From Nanobdellota archaeon (GTDB lineage Archaea > Nanobdellota > Nanobdellia > Pacearchaeales > GW2011-AR1), in NCBI GenBank assembly GCA_039714095.1, contig JBDLJZ010000002.1, positions 1 to 50,173 of the forward strand: a stretch of 50,173 bases of DNA, in the 5' to 3' direction. Shown here piece by piece: positions 7,329 to 15,283 of this stretch. A model generated the notes under the pieces. That model was given only the letters and a program-made list of their open reading frames with translations, ran no database searches and was not told where the DNA came from. Position numbers and translations under genes: made by a program. Every line of letters begins with the position of its first letter. Within the stretch, counting starts at the first letter, position 1.

Positions 7329-9479
7329 ATGAAATCAAAAATACTAAGCTTGATAAGTTTAAGCATTTTATCGTTGGTGTTAATGGTTAGTTGCGTAAGT
7401 GCAGATGTTCTTGCTGAATGGGATTTAACAAGTACTGGAGCTGGTGAAGTTATAATTCCTAAACATGAAAATGTTACTGCTGATGCTTTGATTACTGGAG
7501 AGGTTATTCTTGAATTTTATGCAGGCGCTCCTTTTGGTGCTTATGCTAGTGGTTGGTCTCTTGTGGAATTAGATGATACAAAATATTTTCAAATAAGATT
7601 AAATCCTAAAACTGATAGTGGATTAACAATTAGCGAAATTAATTTTGAGATTGGAAAAACTATCGATGGCCCACAAGATTATCAAGTTCAATGGTCAAAA
7701 GAGTCTGATTTTAGTTCTCCTAAAACAATCGCAACAGAAAATCTTGGAACTGATGCAGTTACTGGAATAGATAAAAGTATTACTGGGTTGGATATAAAAA
7801 TAAATGAAGATGAAGAAATTTATATTAGATTATTTGGTTATAATGCAAACAATGCTGGAGGAACGTTAAGAATAAATGATAATACTCTACAAGTTCAAGG
7901 AACTGCTACAGCAAATCCTTCTCTTACAATTTCAAGCACGAATGAATTAACAAAAATACAAAACGGAACAGTAAATGTAACAAACAACGGAAATGTTATT
8001 CTTGAAGGTATTGATTTAGAAGTTGTTTCTACAGCAGACTTTGAAGTATTATTTGATAATGAAGCTCCTTTTAATTTAAATCCAGGTGAATCAATAGAAG
8101 TTGAAATTTATTCAACAAATATTGATGGTGTAAATTTTGATGAGGATAGAGCTTTTACAATAAAAGCAACAGATAGTGTTACAGAAAGCAATACTCTTGA
8201 TTATAAAGTTCCAATGGATTTCTACGAAGGAGAAAACAAAGGAGAATTAGATGTTTCAGATATTGAATTTGATGTTTTAGAAGGGTTTGGAGACGATGAA
8301 GAATACTGGTATCCTTTTGATGAAATAGAAGTAACTTTTAATGTTGATAATGAAGGAAAATATGATATTCAAGATATTGAAATTCAAGTTTGTCTATGGG
8401 ATGAGGATGCAAAAGAATGTATTCTTGACGAAGATGATATGGAGATAGATAAAGATAAATTTGATTTAGATGACGGAGATGATAGAGATGTGGTATTAAC
8501 TTTTAAGATTGATGCAAAGGATTTAACTGCAGGAAACTCAGATTATATTTTTTATGTAAAAGCAATCGGAGAAATTGATGGCTCAAAAGCTAAAGATGAT
8601 GGATACGATGGGGATGAAACAGGAGATTCAGATTCACAAGATAATATAGAAATAAGAACAGATGATAACTTTGTAATTTTAGATGATTTTGAAATTAACG
8701 GAATGACTCTTAATAATTTAAAATTAGTTGATGCAGTTGCTTGCGGAACAGAACTTCAAATTGTTGCAGATGTCTGGAACATTGGAGATAGAGATGAAGA
8801 TGACGTAACTGTATTGATTAAGAACAATGAATTAGGAATTAACAAAAAAGTTTTAATTGATAACATAAATGATTTTGATGATGAAAAATTAGAAACAATG
8901 ATTGAAATTCCAGAAAACGCAGAAGCTGGAGAATATACTATAGATTTTTTAATTTATGATGAAGATAATGATTTGTTTGAAAATGATGAAGATGATAAGG
9001 CAATATTCAAAGTAATGATAAATGTTGAAGGAAATTGTAAAATTATAAACTCAGCAACAATCACTGCAGCTTTAACTTCTGAAGCAGAAGCAGGAGAGCA
9101 ATTAATTGTAAAAACAACAATTACAAACACAGAAGACAAGACAGTAACTTATGTTCTTAATGTAAAAGATTACGAAGAATGGGCAACTTTAGAAGATGTT
9201 GAAAAAACTTTAACTCTTGTAGCAGGTGAATCAAGAGAGGTAACACTAACTTTCAATGTGAATAAAGGTGTTTCAGGAAATAAAGTTTTCAATATAGAAA
9301 CAATCTCAGACAGCGAAATTGTAACAACTCAACCTGTATCAGTTTCAATTGAATCCCAAAAAAGTTTATTAGGAATTTCACTTCCACAAAATAACTTATA
9401 CTTATGGGGAATTGGAATAATCAATGTAATTCTAATCTTATCAATAATTGTAGTTGCAATAAGATTGTCAAAGGATTAA
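7329..9479 (+). CDS. large acidic cell-surface protein (signal peptide, repeated beta-sandwich-like units, C-terminal TM anchor)
   Basis: Signal peptide MKSKILSLISLSILSLVLMVSCVSA. Very D/E-rich. C-terminus is LPQNNLYLWGIGIINVILILSIIVVAIRLSKD. Confidence 0.6.
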   Translation: MKSKILSLISLSILSLVLMVSCVSADVLAEWDLTSTGAGEVIIPKHENVTADALITGEVILEFYAGAPFGAYASGWSLVELDDTKYFQIRLNPKTDSGLTISEINFEIGKTIDGPQDYQVQWSKESDFSSPKTIATENLGTDAVTGIDKSITGLDIKINEDEEIYIRLFGYNANNAGGTLRINDNTLQVQGTATANPSLTISSTNELTKIQNGTVNVTNNGNVILEGIDLEVVSTADFEVLFDNEAPFNLNPGESIEVEIYSTNIDGVNFDEDRAFTIKATDSVTESNTLDYKVPMDFYEGENKGELDVSDIEFDVLEGFGDDEEYWYPFDEIEVTFNVDNEGKYDIQDIEIQVCLWDEDAKECILDEDDMEIDKDKFDLDDGDDRDVVLTFKIDAKDLTAGNSDYIFYVKAIGEIDGSKAKDDGYDGDETGDSDSQDNIEIRTDDNFVILDDFEINGMTLNNLKLVDAVACGTELQIVADVWNIGDRDEDDVTVLIKNNELGINKKVLIDNINDFDDEKLETMIEIPENAEAGEYTIDFLIYDEDNDLFENDEDDKAIFKVMINVEGNCKIINSATITAALTSEAEAGEQLIVKTTITNTEDKTVTYVLNVKDYEEWATLEDVEKTLTLVAGESREVTLTFNVNKGVSGNKVFNIETISDSEIVTTQPVSVSIESQKSLLGISLPQNNLYLWGIGIINVILILSIIVVAIRLSKD

Positions 9480-9541
9480 ATTTATTTTAATAGAATTCTG
9501 CTCAAAGAAAAATATATAAATAAAAAAGCATAAATGTTTGT

Positions 9542-9937
9542 ATGAAATCTTTTTATAGAATTGGAATAATTTTCATAGTAATTATACTTTTATTTCTGCT
9601 TGTTTTTTATTTTTTTGGAAATTCATCAAATGAAAACAAACTTGAAATCAGAGTTGAAAAATATTATGAAGCACTTAAAAATCAAGATTATGCGACAACT
9701 TACGATATGGAACACCAGTTTATAAGAGAGAGTTTCATAAAAGATGAATACATAAATTCTGATAATAAAAATACTTATGGAATTGTATACTTTTTAATTG
9801 ATAATATTACTATAAAAGATACGACAGCAAAAGTAGAACTTTCAATGGAGGTAATTTACAATCATGAGAAAATGTATACACAATTTAGCGATTACTGGAT
9901 TTATGAAAATAATAATTGGTATCATGCTCCAAATTAA
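9542..9937 (+). CDS. N-terminally membrane-anchored hypothetical protein
   Basis: TM helix IGIIFIVIILLFLLVFYFF followed by a 100-aa soluble domain. No motif recognised. Confidence 0.4.
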   Translation: MKSFYRIGIIFIVIILLFLLVFYFFGNSSNENKLEIRVEKYYEALKNQDYATTYDMEHQFIRESFIKDEYINSDNKNTYGIVYFLIDNITIKDTTAKVELSMEVIYNHEKMYTQFSDYWIYENNNWYHAPN

Positions 9938-9949
9938 ATTTTATTTTTT

Positions 9950-11230
9950 CTAATCCTTATACAAAAAAACAAAAGTTTTTCCAGAAAGTTTTTTATTGAT
10001 CAATCCATTTTTTTCTAAAAGAAATAAATCAGTTCTTGCAGTTTGATAAACAATGCCATAAGTTTCAGAAATTTCTTTAATAGTAAATAATTTTGATTGA
10101 TATTTTGTAAATTCTTCAAAAATTAAAGCTTGCCTCAAATTTAAATCTGGATTATTTTTTATTAATTCTTTTGTTTTTTTCTGTTCCTTTTGTTGTATTT
10201 TAATATATTCAATTAAGTCATTTAGAGTATCCTCAACACTATTTAATATATATTTTATAAAATATGTTAAATCCATATTATCATATTCTGTGTATAAATA
10301 AGATAAATCATAATTCTTTCTAGAACGAAGAATTCTTTTAGAAACTGCCATATATTCAAACAACCAATAACCTTGAGAAATCATATACCAATAAAAAATA
10401 CTTCTTGCAGACCTTCCATTTCCATCATTAAAAGGATGAATATATCCTATTAGAAAATGTAAAATAATCCCTTTAACTATTGGGTGAATAAATTCTTCTG
10501 AATTGTTATTAGCAAAATTGCAAAATTCATCAATTAAATTTTGTACTTCCTTGTATTTAGGAGGAATATGAGCAATTACTTCATCATCTCTAACCATTAT
10601 GTCATCATTGTCTCTAAATTTTCCTTCATCTGCAGAATCGTCTAAAGTGTTTTTAGTAACGGTTTTTTGTATTTCTAAGATTAGCTCAGGAGTAATTTTT
10701 TTATTTTTTTGTTTATGTATAAATTGCATTGTTTCATAATTATTAGAAATCATTTTTTCAGACTCAGTTCTTGGTTTTCTTTTTTCCCTAAGCATAGCCT
10801 TGGCAACTTTTCTTGTTGTTATTGCACCTTCTAATTGGCTAGATGCTATAGCTTCTTCCATTAAAGAACTAATTAGATAACTTTCTTGAACATTTAATGA
10901 TTTTCCATCTAACTGAATATTTCCAGCTAAATTTTTATCAAATCTATGTAATTTTTTATTAAAATCAGATAATAAACTATGCACCATTTTTATTCCCTTA
11001 AACTTTATTTTTTCATAGTTATCTGAACGAAGCATTTTCATTAATGCCCAAATATATTCTCTTTTTGTTTTATCAGTTATTCTGTATTTTAATTCAGACC
11101 AATATAAATATCTCTTATTATATTCAGAGGCTAATTTTCTAAAATCTTCATTTTTTATAGCCTTTGCAAATCCTTCAAAATCTTTATCAAAAAGTTCTTT
11201 TATTTCAAAGGGTTTTTCTGGCAATTTCAT
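9950..11230 (-). CDS. fic: Fic family AMPylase (class II, N-terminal inhibitory helix) with C-terminal winged-helix domain
   Basis: Fic motif HPFNDGNGRSAR (HxFx[DE]GNGRxxR). Inhibitory motif SSQLEG ([ST]xxxE[GN]) lies upstream of it. The C-terminal LRQALIFEEF...TARTDLFLLEKNGLI is wHTH-like. Confidence 0.85.
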   Translation of the reverse strand: MKLPEKPFEIKELFDKDFEGFAKAIKNEDFRKLASEYNKRYLYWSELKYRITDKTKREYIWALMKMLRSDNYEKIKFKGIKMVHSLLSDFNKKLHRFDKNLAGNIQLDGKSLNVQESYLISSLMEEAIASSQLEGAITTRKVAKAMLREKRKPRTESEKMISNNYETMQFIHKQKNKKITPELILEIQKTVTKNTLDDSADEGKFRDNDDIMVRDDEVIAHIPPKYKEVQNLIDEFCNFANNNSEEFIHPIVKGIILHFLIGYIHPFNDGNGRSARSIFYWYMISQGYWLFEYMAVSKRILRSRKNYDLSYLYTEYDNMDLTYFIKYILNSVEDTLNDLIEYIKIQQKEQKKTKELIKNNPDLNLRQALIFEEFTKYQSKLFTIKEISETYGIVYQTARTDLFLLEKNGLINKKLSGKTFVFLYKD

Positions 11231-11235
11231 TTTAG

Positions 11236-11329
11236 TTTATCTACTAATTTAGTATTCATTAGTAGATTTTAGTAATTAGGACTATTTAAATTTATCTACT
11301 AATTTAGTATTCATTAGTAGATTTTAGTA
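11236..11329. promoter_or_regulatory. two perfect 39-bp direct repeats, each containing a 10-bp perfect palindrome (candidate operator pair upstream of fic)
   Basis: tttatctactaatttagtattcattagtagattttagta occurs at 11236..11274 and 11291..11329. Palindrome arms are ATCTACTAAT / ATTAGTAGAT with a 9-nt spacer. Confidence 0.5.
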
Positions 11330-11935
11330 TCTCCTTAAAACCTTTTCATAAACTTTCTTCCCCATTCCATATTTCTCTTCAAATTTAATCATCCCCCAAC
11401 CTAAAATTAATCCTAATAATCCTCCTACAATTACATCACTCAAGAAATGCAATCCAAAATAAACTCGTGAAAACGCAACTAATCCCGCAAAAATAATCCA
11501 AACATATTTGAATTTAGGAAATTCTTTTGCTAAAATAGGAATTGCACAAAATACAAGCATTGCTTGAAATGAGGGAAAACTAAAATTCCAAGTCAAGTGA
11601 CTACTTTTTTCTAAGAGAGGTAAAACAGAAACTAATCCTTGCTGAAAAGGTCTCGCCCTATGAATACTATATTTCAAAACAAAACTAACAACTACAGAAA
11701 AGAAAAGAGTTAACCATAAAGGCAAAATCCATCTTCTTTTATATTTTTTCCATAAAAATAAACTTGTTAAAAAAAAGAAAATAATCACTTCAGAACTCAC
11801 AAAAGTTATTCCTAAAAAAAATTCATTTAAAATATTATTTCTAAATAAAGACACGCCTTGAATTATTTTTTTATCAAATACAAAACTAATTGCCACAGTA
11901 AAAATACTCAAAATAATTATCAACTCTTTTCTCAT
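11324..11935 (-). CDS. PAP2-family (polyprenyl-diphosphate / lipid) phosphatase
   Basis: Motifs KYSIHRARP (Kx6RP) and SRVYFGLHFLSD (SRx5Hx3D). The middle PSGH motif is degenerate (PSFQ). Six TM helices. Confidence 0.75.
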   Translation of the reverse strand: MRKELIIILSIFTVAISFVFDKKIIQGVSLFRNNILNEFFLGITFVSSEVIIFFFLTSLFLWKKYKRRWILPLWLTLFFSVVVSFVLKYSIHRARPFQQGLVSVLPLLEKSSHLTWNFSFPSFQAMLVFCAIPILAKEFPKFKYVWIIFAGLVAFSRVYFGLHFLSDVIVGGLLGLILGWGMIKFEEKYGMGKKVYEKVLRRY

Positions 11936-11956
11936 AAATTAAACAACATCAAATTA

Positions 11957-11964
11957 TTTAAATA
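11957..11964 (+). promoter_or_regulatory. putative TATA box (TTTAAATA) about 24 nt upstream of the archaeosortase-like gene
   Basis: The sequence tatTTAAATAg lies before ATG 11984. Confidence 0.35.
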
Positions 11965-11983
11965 GATTTCCCATTTATTTTTT

Positions 11984-12502
11984 ATGCAACAAAAATACTT
12001 TTTAAATTTAACATTAAGATATTTAATTTTAGTGTTAATCGCTTTGCCGAATTTATATTTATTCTATTTAATTTTTATACCTCTAACTGTTTATCCAGTT
12101 TATTTTATTCTTAATTTATTTTTTGGAGCAACACTAACAGGAACAACTATATTATTCAAGGATTTGTCAATAGAAATAATAAAATCTTGCGTTGCAGGTT
12201 CTGCTTATTATCTATTGGTTATTCTTAATCTTGCAACTCCAAAAATAAAATTAAATAAACGAATTAAAATGATTATAATTTCTTTTGTAGCTTTTTTATT
12301 TCTAAATATATTCAGGATAATAATATTATCTTTCTTAGCTTTGTCAAATTTTTCTTTCTTTGACATAACACATCAATTATCTTGGTATATACTAAGTATA
12401 CTTTTAGTAGTTGGAATATGGTTTGCCGAAGTTAAAATATTCAAAATAAAAAGTATTCCTTTTTACACAGATATGAAATTATTATATAAATTTATAAAAT
12501 GA
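11984..12502 (+). CDS. minimal exosortase/archaeosortase-family protein (ArtE-like)
   Basis: 172 aa, polytopic. Ordered Cys / Arg / His candidates in the expected contexts: IIKSCVAGSAYY, FLNIFRIIIL (NxxR), FFDITHQLSWY. Confidence 0.55.
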   Translation: MQQKYFLNLTLRYLILVLIALPNLYLFYLIFIPLTVYPVYFILNLFFGATLTGTTILFKDLSIEIIKSCVAGSAYYLLVILNLATPKIKLNKRIKMIIISFVAFLFLNIFRIIILSFLALSNFSFFDITHQLSWYILSILLVVGIWFAEVKIFKIKSIPFYTDMKLLYKFIK

Positions 12503-13158
12503 TTTCCAAATTAATTGAATTAGTTTCTCAACTTACAATTTTATTATTAGAGATAATAAATGAATTAGGTTATATTGGAATATTTATTGGTATGACAATT
12601 GAAAGTTCATTTTTCCCCTTTCCCAGCGAGGTTATTTTAATTCCTGCAGGAGCTTTAATTGCACAAGGTAAAATGACTTTTGGATTAGTTTTTATTGCAG
12701 GATTATTAGGAAGTTTAGCTGGAGCATTAATTAATTTTTTCTTGGCAATGTATCTTGGAAGAACAACAATTGATTTACTTGTTTCAAAATATAAAAAGAT
12801 ACTTTTTTTAAACAAAGAAAAAATAAAACAATCTGATAATTATTTTAAAAAACACGGAGAAATAACAACTTTTGTTGGAAGATTTATCCCTGTAATAAGA
12901 CAATTAATTTCTCTTCCAGCAGGATTTTCAAGAATGAATCTTTTCAAATTCTGTCTTTTCACAAGTTTAGGAGCAGGAGCATGGGTAGCAATCTTAATTT
13001 ATCTTGGATACTTATTTGGAAACAACGCAATACTAATTCAAGAGAATCTTCATATAATTATGTTTATTTTATTAATCGTTGTAGGAATTATATCAATTCT
13101 TTATATATTGTTAAATAGAAAGCTCAAAAGAAAAATCATTCCTAATAATTTAAATTAA
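12499..13158 (+). CDS. DedA / SNARE-associated family membrane protein
   Basis: GIFIGMTIESSFFPFPSEVILIPAG and FVGRFIPVIRQLISLPAG are classic DedA motifs. 4-nt overlap with the upstream gene. Confidence 0.8.
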   Translation: MISKLIELVSQLTILLLEIINELGYIGIFIGMTIESSFFPFPSEVILIPAGALIAQGKMTFGLVFIAGLLGSLAGALINFFLAMYLGRTTIDLLVSKYKKILFLNKEKIKQSDNYFKKHGEITTFVGRFIPVIRQLISLPAGFSRMNLFKFCLFTSLGAGAWVAILIYLGYLFGNNAILIQENLHIIMFILLIVVGIISILYILLNRKLKRKIIPNNLN

Positions 13159-13891
13159 CCAAAGTTTCAATTAAAAATCTCTCAGTTACTTCAAGAACTT
13201 CACAATCTTTTATCACAAAATCATAACAAATTGGACTTGTCTGAACGATTTTTGTTTCGTCCCCAGATTTCCATTCAAAATAATTATATCTTCCCTGCTC
13301 ATCACAAAACGAATACTCTGGGTCTGTTGTAACAGTAGTTCCCATTGCCTTAATGATGTTATTAAAGTTAACGTTGGCAATATTTCCGTCCCCTTCACAA
13401 TTAAAATTATCTCCTTCAGCAATTGCAACAACCCCCATTTCTAGCAAATTCAAATTTCCTTCAAAAGCAATATTTTTTAATTCCCGAGGGTCAGTTCTTA
13501 GATAAAGATCATACTTAGTAAGAACTCCGGGGTTATAATATTTAGAAGGAAAACTTGTGTGATAAAAAGTTACATCTTTTTCTTTTATAATATTATATTT
13601 CACACCTTCTAATTCAAAATGCGACATTGAATAAAAAATCATTAAAATTAAAATAAACCCTCCCACAAAAAACCCAATTGTAAGAAGTATATTTCGTAGT
13701 AATTTATTTTGGTGAGCAATCTGGTCTTTAGTTGCAAATTTTACTTCTTCTTGTCCACAAGTTCTTACAATTTTTTCTTTACCTTCTTTTTCAACTTCAA
13801 AAATTTCACAAACCGTTTCCTTTTTTGTTTTAGGAATTTTCTTGCCCTTAGTAGAAATTTTCTTTTTTGACTTATCTTTCTTTTTTACCAT
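13142..13891 (-). CDS. membrane-anchored hypothetical protein with a Lys-rich N-terminus
   Basis: MVKKKDKSKKK.., a single TM (ILLTIGFFVGGFILILMIFY), and a 160-aa C-terminal domain with 4 Cys. Confidence 0.45.
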   Translation of the reverse strand: MVKKKDKSKKKISTKGKKIPKTKKETVCEIFEVEKEGKEKIVRTCGQEEVKFATKDQIAHQNKLLRNILLTIGFFVGGFILILMIFYSMSHFELEGVKYNIIKEKDVTFYHTSFPSKYYNPGVLTKYDLYLRTDPRELKNIAFEGNLNLLEMGVVAIAEGDNFNCEGDGNIANVNFNNIIKAMGTTVTTDPEYSFCDEQGRYNYFEWKSGDETKIVQTSPICYDFVIKDCEVLEVTERFLIETLVNLNY

Positions 13892-13922
13892 ATTTTTATT
13901 TGTTCTTTTTACTTATAAATAT

Positions 13923-14495
13923 TTATGTCTTAATCCCTATTATCTTAAACAAAACCTCGTCACTGATTTTTGTCAAATTTTCTTTAGGACCTTTAATAAA
14001 TATACAGTTATTTTCTTGCCACACATTAAATTCTCCTTCTTGAATTAAAATAAAATTATTTTCACAGGTTTTAGTAGGCCAACTACTTTCACAATTTAAA
14101 TTAAAACTATTATTAAGACAAGCATACTGAATTCTTTGCACAGAATTATATAAGTTCTTATAAACTTCTAATTCAGCTTCTTTATTTTCTGAATAAATAT
14201 ATAATGGATTATTTTGAAAATCAGATAATAAATTTACATATTCTTTAAAATAAAAATCTTCTGTTTCTAATGGATTATATTTAAACATAAATTCATCATC
14301 AAGAATCCAAAAATTATTTTGTTTTACAAATTCAAATCCATTATATTCAATATCCGAATTTTCTTCATTACCTTGTCCTTGAAAAGCATATCCTAAAACA
14401 CTTGCAAACATAATTACAATTAATACACTTCCAACAATAATTTGTTTTACTCTATCTTGTCTTTGTTGTTTTTGTTTAGAAATTAATCTTCTCAT
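13923..14495 (-). CDS. membrane-anchored hypothetical protein
   Basis: Basic N-terminus, TM IIVGSVLIVIMFASVLGYAF, and an extracytoplasmic domain with 4 Cys. Confidence 0.45.
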   Translation of the reverse strand: MRRLISKQKQQRQDRVKQIIVGSVLIVIMFASVLGYAFQGQGNEENSDIEYNGFEFVKQNNFWILDDEFMFKYNPLETEDFYFKEYVNLLSDFQNNPLYIYSENKEAELEVYKNLYNSVQRIQYACLNNSFNLNCESSWPTKTCENNFILIQEGEFNVWQENNCIFIKGPKENLTKISDEVLFKIIGIKT

Positions 14496-14637
14496 AAGTT
14501 CTTTTTGAAATTAAACTATTTAAAATTTTTCAAAAAGGACCCTGTAGGGCGACACTTCTTTATCAGGAGTGTTAAAATTCTTTTCTTGGTTTAGAAAATT
14601 TGAAGTTAATTTTATTGTAGTTTAGAGTATAAAAAAA

Positions 14638-14886
14638 TTAATTATTATAAACAGAATTTAGATGTTCAAAATTATTAACTATTATTTGATTGTTCTCTAT
14701 TTTGTAAATAATTCTAAAAGGTTTTATTCTTATAGTTCTGTAGCTTTTTAATTTATATCTTAAAGGTTTTCCAACATTAGAATTTCCTGATAATTTTTGC
14801 AATTGTTTAATTATTTTTATTCTATATTTTTTATCTTTAATTTTTTTAAAATTTTTTTTGAAATTTTCAGAAAAAATAATTTTCAT
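14638..14886 (-). CDS. RelE/ParE-family toxin
   Basis: 82 aa. ..KLKSYRTIRIKPFRIIYKIENNQIIVNNFEHLNSVY matches the RelE C-terminal pattern (RiG.yRiiY......i....hR..vY). Lies 1 nt after the antitoxin stop. Confidence 0.7.
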   Translation of the reverse strand: MKIIFSENFKKNFKKIKDKKYRIKIIKQLQKLSGNSNVGKPLRYKLKSYRTIRIKPFRIIYKIENNQIIVNNFEHLNSVYNN

Positions 14887-14887
14887 T

Positions 14888-15157
14888 TTAACACATTAAC
14901 AAATCATCAATCTTTTCAGCATCCATATTTGTATCAGCAACAATAAATTTTCCTTTTTTAATATCTTCTTCCCCCATTTCTATTTGTTCTATTAATTTTA
15001 AATTTTTTATCAAAGATTCTTCATTTAGTTGTTTCAATAAAATATTTCCTCCCTCATTGAAAACTAAAAATTTAGTTGAAGGTTCTATGTTTGCATCTCG
15101 TCTAATTCCAGAGGGAATTACAATTTGCTCATTTGAAGATATTTTAGCCTACGACAT
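14888..15157 (-). CDS. AbrB/SpoVT-MazE-type antitoxin interrupted by an in-frame TAG at codon 3 (possible pseudogene or non-AUG start)
   Basis: Own translation: MS-TAG-AKISSNEQIVIPSGIRRDANIEPSTKFLVFNEGGNILLKQ...DDLLMC. ATG at 15157..15155, TAG at 15151..15149. SSNEQIVIPSGIR is the looped-hinge-helix strand. Confidence 0.5.
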
Positions 15158-15240
15158 ATGTCAGTAGATTGCACATTATATAAAAAATTATCTAACTAAT
15201 ACAGATATCTAACATCTTCTCCAAAGCTCTCGCCAGAAGT

Positions 15241-15283
15241 TAAAAAAAAAAGAAAAAGAAAAAAATAAAAAATTTGTTTTGGT
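15241..15283 (-). terminator. oligo-T tract directly downstream of the S-layer-like gene (archaeal-type terminator)
   Basis: The minus strand reads ccaaaacaaattttttatttttttctttttctttttttttt immediately after stop 15284..15286. Confidence 0.4.

Noticed and set aside
15149-15151. TAG recoding (pyrrolysine or a reassigned amber codon) to explain the in-frame TAG in the antitoxin
   Set aside because: TAG terminates other well-supported genes in the window (dph2 at 5196..5198; the 325-aa pilin-like gene at 20356..20358), and no pyl genes are seen.
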